DNA of 64,000 bases, taken from the NCBI RefSeq assembly GCF_018350175.1, contig NC_058383.1, forward strand, positions 18,974,001-19,038,000, read 5' to 3'. This DNA comes from Felis catus. Lineage: Eukaryota. The translations under genes were made by a program, and so were the position numbers. The notes under the pieces were generated by a model. It did not search any database, had not been told where the DNA came from, and saw only the letters and a list, made by a program, of their open reading frames with translations. Positions 36,702-49,015 of the stretch are shown here, in pieces (the stretch's first letter is position 1; every line of letters starts with the position of its first letter).

Positions 36702-37299
36702 GTAAACCTCAGAAATACTGATAAATAGAAATAGACATTTTTGCGTTTTTCTTGTGGCTTAAAGGGACAGCCAGGCCGTCAGACCTCTTCAGTGAAACTG
36801 GGTCACACAAGCTGGGTAGGTAGTAATGTCATTGAGCATTTTCATATATTTTTTCCCCCTTTAAATATTTCATTTTCTTAAAACATTTTATTTTCTGATT
36901 AAAAATGTAATTTGTATAGTTCTTTAGCTGTGATAACTGTCTCAAGGGTTTGTTTTTAAGTGGCCCTTATTTTAGAGATTAAAAACTGAAGTATTTATTG
37001 GATGGATGAAATGATAGGACGTCTGGGATTTGCCTTAAAATAATCCACTGGGATAGAGGGAAAGGAGGGTTGGCCGTGTGTTGATAATTGATGTTGACCT
37101 TTATTGATGGTAACTTGGGGTTCATTATATGCTAGCTCCTTTTGTATGTGTGTGAAAATTTCCTAAGTAAAGTATAGTAAATACCTGCTGTGAAAAATAA
37201 GTATTTTAAAAACTAGGAAAAGATAGAAAAATATAAAGAAAAGATATCCATAATCCCACAGTCCAGCGATAATTACTTTTGTACTTTCTATTGTATTTA

Positions 37300-37520
37300 T
37301 TTCTATTTTATTTATTTATTTAATTTAAAAAAATGTTTATTTATTTTAGAGAGAGAGCGCGAGTAGGGGAGGGGCAGAGAGAGGGAGACACAGAATCCGA
37401 AGCTGGCTCCAGGCTCCGAGCTGTCAGCACAGAGCCAGATGCAGGGCTTGAACCCATGAACTGCGAGATCGTGACCTGAGCTGAAGTCGGATGCTTAACC
37501 GATTGATCCACCCAGGCGCC
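37300..37520 (-). mobile_element. Feline SINE
   Basis: TSD TCTATTGTATTT. Confidence 0.92.
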
Positions 37521-38799
37521 ACTCTATTGTATTTTTTAAAAAACAGAAAATGGGGAAATGTTTTTCCCCTTATGTTCCTCAAGGTCATTTTTCTTGCTTG
37601 CAGGCAGAAAGTGTAGTTCCTGCCCACCGTAGTTATTTAGTTAAGAAGTGAAATATTGAGCTAATGAATCTAGAACGCTTGGCACATTACGAATGCTCGC
37701 TCAGTAGATGGCATCAGTGGTTGGTGGTGAGTGAACACCCCTTCCTAGCAATGTGACCCGTGGGGGGCGGCGAGGAGAATCCTGGCCTGGGAAGAGATCG
37801 GACCCTCTGGAAACCCACCCTTGTATTGCTGAAGTTTTAATGAGTTTTTATAATCTTAAACTGAATATTTGCATTTCAAGTTAAAAATCTGCACTTTTGT
37901 TCCCAAACATTATTTGTGTGATTGCAAAATAGCTTGCAAGTTGCTTTGTTGTCAGGTCAGATGTGCTTTGTGGGTGTATATTCGTGTATCCGAAACTCTT
38001 ACACAACAGTAGATCCTGTTTTTGGTGATTTTGCCAACTAAAAGTTAGTTATTGTGTTTTTGAATGAGATTCTTCAAAGGAAAGGTATTTTTGCCTTATT
38101 CTCTATTTTGTATGCTGAACAGTTGGGTCCTGTAGTTCCGGGACTGTGCTTGATTTTGCTATGTTTAGTGGGAGACTTGACATCTCACGCTTGTTGGAAG
38201 AATAAACTGAGGAAATGATTAATATGAAAATGCTTTTTAAAGCACAGTACGAAAGTGTTTTAGGTGTGGAGAATATGGTTCCATTGAGAAAATCTGCAGA
38301 GTGTAGTATTAAATAGATTTTAGTATTAATCTGGCAGATTATTAGTGTTAAAGATACACTTGTGCACACCAGCCTACCGACAGAAGGAGCAGTGGTATAC
38401 AATTTAAATTCCTTTTCTGCTTCATGGGAGCAGTGTTACTTTTGGTCAAGTTATATGCTGATCACATTTCCTCTTGCAAAATGTGCATGTTGACTTCTCT
38501 CTCAGGATGGTGAGGATTCAAGGAAATCACATATATAACATGCCTGGCACAGTATTTAGCCTGTGTTGGGCACTCAGTAAATGGTCGCAGTGATGACTGC
38601 AACCATGATGATAAGTAGTAGAAGACGTTGCTGCCGTCGGACTGTGGTGGTGACCATGGGGTTCAGTGATCAGGGCCCCCAGGTGGCCTAAAGGCCTTTT
38701 AGTCCACCTTCAAATGTTGACCTGTCTGCCCAGGCATCTGTCATCTGATGTCACTGGGTTGTCAGGGGTGATGGCTGATCACTTTCAACACTAGGAATT

Positions 38800-38864
38800 T
38801 GTTTTGATGTTTATTTATTTGAGAGAGAGTGTATGAGTAGGAGAGGGAGAGAGAGGGAGGGAGG

Positions 38865-38897
<33 letters not shown>

Positions 38898-39106
38898 TCC
38901 CAAGTGGGCTCTGTGCTGTCAACACAGAGCCCAACGATTTGGGGCTCAATCTCAAAAACCATGAGGTGAAACCTGAGCTGAAATCAAGCACAGGATGCTT
39001 AACTGACTGAGCCACCCACATGTCCCTAAGAGTTTTTTTATTGATCATTTGATTATCATCCTAAGTGAGGCTTTCTAATTCTTTATGACTTTTTTTAATG
39101 TTTATT

Positions 39107-39140
<34 letters not shown>

Positions 39141-39299
39141 TGTGAGTAGGGGAGGGGCAGAGAGGGGGAGACACAGAATTCGAAGCAGGCTCCAGGCGCT
39201 GAGCTGTCAGCACAGAGCCCGATGCAGGGCTCGAACCCATGGACCAGACCGTGAGATCATGACCTGAGCTGAAGTTGGACTGAGCCACCCAGGTGCCCC
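38800..39299 (-). mobile_element. Two adjacent CAN-SINEs (about 38800-39026 and 39090-39299)
   Basis: (GA)n tracts and two heads; the second has TSD TATGACTTTTTT. Confidence 0.9.
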
Positions 39300-41019
39300 T
39301 ATGACTTTTTTTCCCCCAAACATACAACACTTTTATGCCCTTGAAAAACAAAAAAAGCCTTGAAATCTTCAAAGCTGGTCTGGGGTTTTTTGCTATTAGT
39401 TAACCATCACCAGGGAACTGTTTATTGAGCAGATATCACTTAGTATCTGGGTTACAGATTACAAAGAGGGCTGTATAAGGTAGCCCGCTGAGGGGCACAA
39501 AGAAAATAGTTGAATTTTAACGTCTGTATTTTTCTGGTCACCTCTTAAACACTGTATATTTATGCACGTGTGCGCTCAAGTCCTTAAATGAAAGTTTTGA
39601 AGTGTGGCAACCACTGTTCTAGGTTCTAAGAGACCCTGATGCGTCAGAGATGTGCTGTTTCGCAAAAGTAGTTGACAAAGACCACTGGCTACTGGTCGTG
39701 ACCCACTCATTTTAACTAAAGCACGTAAATGTGATCAAATGTTTTTCGGCTGGTAAAATGCATCTGAAAGAAGTTGAGGTGCTTCTGGAATCACATTTGT
39801 GGCTTAAGCCAGAATTTCAGAAGCAATTGATGTTGCAGGAACTCGTCAAGAATGTTTTCTTGGTGTCTTAAATGGGAAACGTAGGTGTGGTTAAGTCACT
39901 CAGTTCCTGTCCCTTGCGGTTTACAGGTTTTGCATCATCCATCACAACAAAGTGGTGTAGGCATTGTAGGCTACAAATTTAGAAGCACGAATGTACATGA
40001 GTTTATTTTTGGACCTAGGAACTTGGAAATCGGAGCTCCTCATGTTCCTCACTCCGTGAGAATGCTCCAGAGTTTCTTGATCAGAGCTGCTGGGGACTTG
40101 GGTCCCTCTGTGCGAGGACTGTGTTCTGTAACTTAGCAGAACAAAGCCGCTGCTGGAGCTCGTGGTCCGGGTTGGCCATCTTCAGGTGGTGGTTTGGGAA
40201 GACCTGAATTTCAGTTTCCTTTTCCTCCGTTGTACTCTGGGGAAGGTTGTGCCGACTTACAGGTTGTTGAGTAAACGAAGTGAACCGGTGCGTGTCGAGT
40301 AGCTTGGCCAACAGTAGGTGTTTGGTGAAGAATGATTCTCTTCTACTCGCTCCCTCCCACTCCCTTCTCTCTGTGCTTGTCACTGTGAGAGGAGCCACCT
40401 GTGTAGGAACTTCTTGCAGGAAGAGGAGGAAACCTGAAGGGAGTTAAGCAACCTCTAAAGTTCTCGAGTCATGTCCTGTGACCGCTTCGTCGTGAGAGTG
40501 CTGGCCAGGACCAGCCACAGAGCAGCCAGGGATCCCGAGTGACACCGGGTTGGGCTGTAAACACATGTGGGCGAGCGTGAGAACAATTGCTGCCCTTTCC
40601 TTCCGGGTGGGTTTTCTGCTTAACAAAAAGGAAGTGCTGTTGTGACCCGTGACATTTTGATACACTTAATAAAAGGTGTCAACTAGGTTTCTATCAGGGC
40701 TCCGGTCGTTTCCTGGCTCCTAGGAAGAGAAATTCATGCTGTTGACGGCCCCAGAGAGCAAGTGAATGGGGTCTCAGTGATTTCAAAATTGGGCCGGCAT
40801 CCCACCCCTGTCCTTTGTAGCCCTCTCTCACTTGGACTTTTGTCTGTTTATTGCCTGCATTTATTCATGTTTTTGTTCATTTGTTCTTTCACCCGTCCTT
40901 TGTTTACTGAACACCTACTCTGTAGTTGTCCTAACGTGTACAGTTTTATTTAACTCAGAGGTTGGGGTGCTTCGGAATCACATTTGTGGCTCCAGTCACA
41001 GAGGTCTGTAGGTTTATGA

Positions 41020-41129
41020 CCGTTGCATGTTTAAACATTTAATGCTACACATTTCTCTCTGAGTACTGCTTTAGCTTCATCCAAAAAAATTTTTAAGTTT
41101 GTTTTTGAGAGAGAGAGAGAGAGAGATAC

Positions 41130-41175
<46 letters not shown>

Positions 41176-41760
41176 CTCAGAGAGAGAGAGGGAGGCCCAG
41201 AATCTGAAGCAGGCTCCAGGCTCTGAGCTGTCAGCACAGAGCCCGACGCAGGGCCCAAACCCATGGGCCGTGAGATCATGACCTGAGCTGAAGCTAGATG
41301 CTTAACCAAGTGAGCCATACAGGCACCCCTCACTGAAGATATTTTCTAATTTCTCTTGGGGTTTCCTCTTTGCTGTTTAACTTCCAGATATTGGAGATTC
41401 TCCATCTGTCTTGTTACCATATTCTAGTTACCATGATCTGCAAACGTAGTTTGTGTTCTTTTTAATTTCAGCTCTTTTTAATTTGTTAAGGTTTGTTTTA
41501 TGACTTAGTTTTCTTGGTGATTGTTCATCGCTCACTTGAAAAGAGTGTGTATTCTGCTGTTGTCGGATGGGGTGTTGTGTAAATGTTGGTTAGGTTGGGT
41601 TGGCAGGTGGCATTTCTGTGTGTCCTCTGTCATGTTCAGTCAGTGACCGGGAGAGAGGTAAGCTCTCCGTGTGTAATTGTGGGTTTACCAATGTCTCCTC
41701 TCAGCCCTTATCAGTTTTTGCTTCATTTATTTTGAGACTCTGTTGTTAGTTTCACACAAA
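41020..41760 (-). mobile_element. Old L1 fragment interrupted by a CAN-SINE (about 41089-41329) with long (GA)n
   Basis: atttctctctgagtactgctttagct...cacttgaaaagagtgtgtattctgctgttgtcgg. Confidence 0.75.
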
Positions 41761-42018
41761 TTTAGTTTCCCTTTTCAGTATGTCTGTTTGACTCTCTGTC
41801 TTTATCTGAGGTTTTTAAGAGGTTGCTCTGGTATTACAATATGTCTACTTTTCCTTTTAACCCTTCACCACTGAGAGTGTATGTAGAAGAAGCCTTGTCA
41901 CCACATAGATCCTTTTGCCTTCCCTTTATACTGAAGTTGCCACATGTTTTATGTCTATATACATGGACGACCCCAGCAGACAGTGTTTTATTTTTGCCTT
42001 CATCCATCATTCATATTT

Positions 42019-42235
42019 AAAAATTTTTTTTTTCAACGTTTTTTATTTATTTTTGGGACAGAGAGAGAGCATGAACGGGGGAGGGGCAGAGAGAGAGGGA
42101 GACACAGAATCGGAAACAGGCTCCAGGCTCCGAGCCATCAGCCCAGAGCCTGACGCGGGGCTCGAACCCACGGACTGCGAGATCGTGACCTGGCTGAAGT
42201 CGGACGCTTAACCGACTGCGCCACCCAGGCGCCCC
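42019..42235 (-). mobile_element. Young feline SINE
   Basis: Intact CpGs; TSD CATCATTCATATTT. Confidence 0.95.
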
Positions 42236-42381
42236 CATCATTCATATTTTAAAGATCTGAAGAGGAGAGAAGTAGTCTGGAGAACACTAGAGAAATGGTA
42301 TTTACCCAGACATTTTCAATTTCTTGCTTTTGTCCTTCGTTCTTAAAGTTCCAGGTTTCTTTCCTATGATCATTTACTTAC

Positions 42382-42785
42382 TGTATTAACGAGCTTGGGC
42401 TGTCCTGACAAAATACCACAGGCCGGGTGGCTTAAACAGCGGGAGTTTGCTTTGTCACAGTTCTGGAGACTGGAAGTCCCGGCTCAAGGTGCTGGCAGGT
42501 TCACTTCCTGGTGAGGACTCTTCCTGGCTTGCAGACTCTCGCCTTCTCCGTGTCCTCATGTGGCCCTTCTGTGCTTGCACGGGAGAGTGAGTGGCACACA
42601 TGCACTCTCCCCTGTCACTTTCTCTTCATGTAAGGCCACTGTCCCGTTGGATAGGGTCCCACCCTTATGACCTCACGTAACCTCTGTTCCCATTTTATAG
42701 GCCTTATCTCCAAGTACAGTCACACGGGGGATAGGGCTTCAACATAAGAATTTCCAGTGGACCCAGTTCAATTCAGTGCCTAGCA
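42382..42785 (-). mobile_element. MaLR solo LTR (MLT1A-like)
   Basis: TG...CA ends; caaaataccacaggccgggtggcttaaac...cacagttctggagactggaagtcc...ccacccttatgacctca. Confidence 0.85.
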
Positions 42786-45139
42786 CCTCCTGCCCGAAGA
42801 ACATTACGGAGGATGGTTATACCAGCTGCCTTAAAAAAAAGTCTTCGATAATTCCAGGGTACTGGCGTCTTGAGGTTGGCTTCTGTTGATCGTCTTTCCC
42901 TTGATTAATGGTCAGTGTCTCCTCATTCTTTGTATGCTGACTAGTATCTCGAATGCTTTTACCTCTTTATGTGAACCAGCCTCAGGCATGGCTTCCGTCA
43001 CCACGGTCACCTTATGCTCAGAGATACTGCATGTAGAGACCTCGCACCCGCAACGCAGGTAGCAGGAATGAGAAGGGGAGAGTTGGACAAAAGGCTCTTG
43101 TCCGGAGGCTCTGCCCTGTGACTCCTCTTAGCATGTCCTCGACCACTGCCATCTGCGAGGGAGGCTGGGAAATGTGGTCTTGCACTTGGCCTCAGCGCCC
43201 AGTGTTGTCTTGCTGAGGAGGAAAGGAAGAACGGGTCTTGGGTAGGGAGCCGGAGTCTGCCACACCCGAATACTCTGCCCACCTTCACCAGCCACTTGGG
43301 GAGAGCAGTTACTACTGAGTGTGTTTAGCCTGGTTCGTGGTTGGGGTCCATTTTCTATGGGATAAGCTTTTTTTGCAGCCAGAGCTGCTAACTGCCGGTA
43401 GGGGTTTAGGTCTAATTTAGGGTTATTCTGTGCATTTTACAAAGTCTTTAAAGTCCCTTTTGAGCTCAGCAGGACAACTTGTAGATGACGGGTTTCATCT
43501 GTCCTCTGGTCTGAAGTGGATTTTCTTTCCTAGCAAAATTGTGAAAATGCACTGGTCCATCGTAGTGATTTATAGCATAAACCTTGTGTAACTAACTTTA
43601 GGAATTTATGTCTGAGCAAATGGCAAATATAAGCTCCAGGCTTAAGTGTTTGATCTTACCTTTCTCTGAAGTTGACTGAAATAGGATTTTGAGTCTGCTG
43701 GCAGTTCTTCCCACAGACGTTGCCTATTTTGTGAGTGATCTTCCCTGCCAGTGTTACTTTCTGGGCGGCCTTGCTTGGTTGCCTGTCCAGCCTGGGTTGT
43801 TAAGTCATTTGCAAACACTGCGGGGAGGGGTGGTCAGTGTTTCTGTCTTAGTGAAAAAAAGAACTCTTGTGCTTACCAGACTCTGCAGTGTGACAGCATA
43901 GGAGGATTTCCAAGTAGTCTCGAGACTATGTACAGAGTCGTTACAAGGGTTGTAGCAGACTAGATGGACTGACTGTATTTGATCTTGGCGCTGGATTCCT
44001 TTTAGCTGTGGTTAGCATGTCTGGTATTCACCTGCGTTGGATTAGATGGTTCATCAGGTAGAGTCCTGTCAGGAGAACGGACACCACACTTAATTGTTTT
44101 AAGAATTCGGTGTAAGAGATTGATGAAACCGGTGTTGGAGGGCCGGAAGAGCAAGAAGGAGACACCAAGATTCAGCAGATGAGAACTACAGGAGGCAGCC
44201 CACCCCCAGGGCTGAAGGAAAAGAGCGGAGCTGTTCAAATCTGGATCGCAGGGATGGGCCCCGTGCAGCTCAGGTCTCTGAAGAGAGGGCACCCAGGAGC
44301 TCGGCCAGGCAGCGGGGTGGAGGCTTGGAGCTGGTGCTCACTCCTGAGAGGACGGGGTGCGACCTGGCTGCTGCTGGCACCTCTGAGAGTGCATGCGGCT
44401 GGCTGTAGGAATGTGAAAGCTGAAAGTAGGACCAGTTCTTACCTCCAGGTGACCGTCACTGGGGTGACACTGCCAGGGCAGCGAGCCCACCAGGAGAATG
44501 GCATCCCTGTGCTCCTCCTGCCTCTTGGTCTTCCTCCAGCGCCCCTGCTGCAGAGCCTCCAGGCAGAGGAGAGGTGTGCTCTGTGCAGCCTGGGCCCCGA
44601 CGTCACAAAGCGTGCGGCTGGATCGGCGCCGGACGCCTGGCGCGAGTGCCCGGCTTTGTGAGTGGGAGCAGTCCCTGAGCCTGTCTTGGAAGCGTTTCGG
44701 GACAGACATTTAGGCTTTGGGATTTGTTCTTGAAAATTAGGGTTTGGTGGCCCTTGGGTGCAACTGCTGCATGTAACTTGGTGTTTTTGGAGGTAGGCTG
44801 TCATCACACGTGGGAAATAGCCAGGCCTGGAGCTTTAGGTGTTTCTTTGAGAAGGGGCAGGGTTCCTCCAGACCTTTTCCATTTCTTCCTTTAGGTTTTA
44901 AGTGTTCTGACTGAAGGTTTTGGGGGAGTGAGCGGAGCAGGCTCGAAGACCATTGGTGGTTTATGCATAGAGAGGAAGGCATAGGATGTTGAGTTAGGGA
45001 GCCCCAGGTTCAAATCACCTAGCTTGGTGACCATGGGCAGTCTGTCTAACTTTTGTTAACTGTGGTTTCCTTGTCGGAGAAACACCAATAATATACCTAC
45101 CTCTCACAGATGTTAAAAGGATTGAATCATGGAGTTGAA

Positions 45140-45630
45140 CCTTCTATTGAATCGGTGTAAATTGATATTTATATATCATTACTTATAATCCCTCAGGCAC
45201 CCGTTGAGAAAATAACTCAGAGTATATGGTGAAAAGAATGCCAGGGGAGTGAAAAGAAGTATCTGTTTAACACAAAAGAAGGCATTAATGGAGGAGCTGA
45301 ACAAAAGATACTGGCAGAAGTCCTTCCTTACCAGTAATTACATTAAACGTAAAGAATATAACTTCTCTAGTTTAAAAAGCAGTGATTAGCAGAATGGATT
45401 GAAAACACATGATCCCACTACATGTTGTCTATAAGAGACTCACTTCGGTTTCAAAGACACAAACAGGTTGAAAGTAAAAGGATAGAAAAAGCTATTCCAT
45501 GTAGACAGTAACCAAAAGAGATTCAGGGCAGCTATGCTAGTGTCAGACAGAATAGACTTTAGGACAAGAGTGGCTGCCGGGGACAAAGGACATCGTCTAA
45601 TGATAAAGGGTCCATCCGTCAAGAAGGTGT
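45140..45630 (+). mobile_element. Ancient L1 fragment covering the start of ORF2 (endonuclease), disabled
   Basis: gcagaatggatt...tgttgtctataagagactcactt...ttgaaagtaaaaggatagaaaaag (CLQETH/LKVKGWKK-like, with stops). Confidence 0.85.
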
Positions 45631-45840
45631 CTGGAACATAGCAAAATAAAGAAATACCCCTGCCACCGTTCCACTCTCACATATGCACTTGCCAGTCCGT
45701 AAGCTAAATCTAGTTCAGATACTGCTTGTATATGGTAATCCAGCAGGGACGCTGTTCTTCTTCAGAGTGTAGGAGGCCTTTTCAAAACCCAGGCTAAAAG
45801 CCTGCTGTCACCTGTTGTTGAATTTCTCCCTGCCGCATAG

Positions 45841-45949
45841 GTACGAAGACGCTCTAGTCCTCTTGCTCACGGAGGTGTTGAATCGAATCCAGTTCAGATA
45901 CAACCAGGCCCAGTTGGAGGAGCTGGATGACGAGACTCTGGATGATGAT
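45841..45949 (+). CDS. XPO6: XPO6 exon 10 (RYEDALVLLLTEVLNRIQFRYNQAQLEELDDETLDDD)
   Basis: gcatag|GTAC; GAT|gtaagc; 109 nt. Confidence 0.95.
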
Positions 45950-46082
45950 GTAAGCGGCGTGGCCTAATCAACCGTAGTCATTGTCATTTTCGGTGTGAGT
46001 CCAAACGGAGACTTGGAACCTGTAAGCTCTCTGCTCTGGAGCCAGAGTAGTCTTACAGTTTGAATTGTGTGTTTGAACTTTA

Positions 46083-46413
46083 CAGTTGACCTTGACCAGT
46101 GTGGGGCCTAGGGGTGCTGACAACCTGTGCAGTCGAAAATCCCAAGTATAACTTTTGGCTCCCCTAAAACTTAGCTGCTAACAGCCTGACTGTTTACTGG
46201 AAGCCTTATCGACAGTCGATTAACACATATTTTGTATGTTACATGAGTTCTATACCATATTCTTACCATAAAGTTAGCTGGAGAAAAGAAAATGTCATGA
46301 AGAAAATGGTAAGAGCAAATACATTTCCAGCGCTGTACTGTGTTTGTTGAAACAAAAAATCCTGTGTAAGTGAACATGCCCAGTTTAAACGTGTGTCATT
46401 CAAGGGCCAGCTA
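46083..46413. mobile_element. Tigger2a-like Tc1/mariner MITE
   Basis: TA-flanked imperfect terminal inverted repeats cagttgaccttga / tcaagggccagct. Confidence 0.8.
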
Positions 46414-47142
46414 TATATCCTACTCGTCTTTTGGGGTTTGTTCATTGTAAAAAGAAGTTGACAGACGTTTTTACCTGTATGAACTAGGGAGATAAGTAGA
46501 GACACCATATGCACAGTGAGAAATGGTTGAGCAAGGGCTCTGTATTGCCTTGCACCCACACCTCTGCTCCCCACTCCGGGCAACGAATAAAAGCTAGCTA
46601 GATGCGGGGTGAGGGACAGGGCATAAAGAGCTCCTGAAATGGTAAGGCTAGGATGAAAAGAAGTCTCTTTTGAGTATAGTTTGTAAATCAGTATCTTAAA
46701 ATCAATCTTGAATTTATTGACACTCGTGTGCCCAACATGGGTAAGGCAAATGTGTTGAAGGACACAATTCCCACGTTCCTTTTTCTTAAGCACCATGCAC
46801 TTTAGAATTTTCAAGTCACTGGTAGGGCTCTCAAAATAACTGACCGTGGCATGGCTGAGACCTTGAGGGTGGCCGTGTTTGGGTTAGAAAGAGCCTTGTA
46901 CTTGGAACTCAGAGGCCTGGGTTTGAATCTCTGAAACCTTGGGCCACAAGGAGATAGAAGTCTGGGCCTTAGATTTCTCTGAGCTTAATTTTCTCCTCTC
47001 CCAAAAGGGGAGCAATGTGGCTGACTGGCCTGCGCTGACGGTTACGTGACGGTAATGTGTGGAAGGGCTGGCTGCATGCCTGCTACGTCGTGGGTGCTTG
47101 GTAAACTTTAGCTTCACTTCTTGTTAGCTGTACGATTTAGTT

Positions 47143-47300
47143 CAGTGCTTCTCACGTTGGAGCATGGGTAAAAATCGTTGGAACAGCTTGTTAAACAGAC
47201 TTTGATTTAGGGGTGGGGGCCACAGAATCTACGTTTCCTACAAGGCCGTGGGAGATGCTGGTGCTACCGTGTCTGTGGACCGTACTTTGAGTGGCACTGA
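47143..47300. mobile_element. MER5-like hAT fossil (others near 26177-26340, 57141-57317, 58620-58777)
   Basis: cagtgcttctca...ggaccgtactttgagtggcactg. Confidence 0.7.
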
Positions 47301-47697
47301 CGCAATCCGTTCTACTGCTAGGGACCTAGTAATGCACTGTTTCAGAAGGTAATGAATGAGCGACCGGTTCCTATAGCTGCGTTCTCATAGAGGGGCCTTG
47401 AGCATTTCACCAGTGGCTTTTTAAAATCTCTGTGTCCCTGTGACCGTAGGGGGAAGAAGTAGGTCATTCTCTCTGGATCATGTGCTGAGGAAACAGCTTT
47501 TTAGGAAACGAATTCATTGGATTAAAAAAAAGATTCCAGGTTGGCCTTTTTAAAGTACCAAATGACCTGGTTCCGTCGTTTGCCACTTCTTCAAGATTTT
47601 ATGTCCGAGAGTGGACTTGAGGTTGAGGCTAGATGGGCAGGGAAGATGACAGGACTGCCTTTCCGGGAGAGCTGATCCTTCTGTGTTTCCCCCACAG

Positions 47698-47790
47698 CAG
47701 CAGACAGAGTGGCAGCGGTACTTACGCCAGAGCTTGGAGGTAGTGGCCAAAGTGATGGAGCTCCTTCCCACACACGCCTTCTCGACACTG
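47698..47790 (+). CDS. XPO6: XPO6 exon 11 (QQTEWQRYLRQSLEVVAKVMELLPTHAFSTL)
   Basis: ccacag|CAGCAG tandem acceptor; CTG|gtaact; 93 nt. Confidence 0.94.
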
Positions 47791-48945
47791 GTAACTCACC
47801 ATCGGGAGGGGAACGAAGAGCCTGATTCTCTCCCTGCACATGTAGCACGAGTAGTAAGGCTTTTTTGCTCACCGGTATTTTAAAATACATAGGTATACAT
47901 TTTAAACAAAGAATAATGATGACCATCACCGACCCTCAAAGTTTAACAAATGCTAACATGTCCCCAAATATTTTAAATCCGCTTTTGGAAGCCCTGTTTT
48001 TCTTCCTGAACTCTCACATGTAATATGAATTTTACTAATGCCTTCAGGCCTGCATCAGTAGCTCAGAAACGACCAGGCCACGCAGAGGACTTCCTGCTAA
48101 AGATTGCATTGCTGCAAAGTGAGCCTTTGTAAAGCCCGTCGCTAGCACTCTGCGTATATTCATGTGCTAGAATCTTAGTCATAAGGACCGCTTTCCTTCA
48201 CTCAGTGGTGCTTGTTATTTGGGGAGATTTCATTAAGCCTATCTCTTCTTCAAGGACAAGATGATTTGGGGGAGGGGGGTCTTGTGTTCTCTTGTAGACA
48301 GTTCTGTTGTGTTTCGCCATCTGCCTTTCGTAGGGACCTGTCACATTGAAGTCTGATCTTTGTCCTAACGGTGAGTTAGCAGCTTTAGAAAGAAAAGATA
48401 CTGATAGCTCTGGTTATGAGGGTCCTGTCTGCCAAATGAGTAAGGGAATCAGACTTCTAAAAAATTGGGCCTGTCTTTTCACTCTGCCATGCACTTACAT
48501 AAGGCAGATTATCTGACAGTTCTTTCCAGAATAGGATTTCCCTTGGATTTGAAGGGAGATAGGTTCCGTCTTTAAGCTCTAGAAGGTGTAGATCATTTGG
48601 GGTTTGGTGTCCTCTTTTAGGAACTGTAATAGTCAAACCCAGCATCCATTGCTTTGTTTAGAAAAGAGTTATCTACCTGATAAGTTGTTTTGTTTTGTTT
48701 TTTTTTTTTTTCTTTTCTGACTCCAAACATTAATTGGTGGTGTGAATTGTAGAAATTGTTGAAGGCAGGGCACTGAAGGGAGCCACTCCTTAGCTGGCAG
48801 TAAAGGTTCTCAGAGAAAAGGGTATTTTTAATCTGATGCCCCCCCCCCACCCCCCATAGATCTTGTACTGTTTTAACGTTAAAATGCTGTTAAAAGTTGG
48901 ACTTATGTTTGTTTTTTTTTTTAATCTTTGTTTTTTTGTTTTCAG

Positions 48946-49015
48946 TTCCCAGTTCTTCAGGACAATTTAGAAGTTTATCTGGGTTTACAGCAGTTTATAG
49001 TTACTTCAGGGTCAG
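48946..49015 (+). CDS. XPO6: XPO6 exon 12 (FPVLQDNLEVYLGLQQFIVTSGS)
   Basis: long poly-T then ttcag|TTC; TCAG|gtaaac; 70 nt. Confidence 0.95.
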
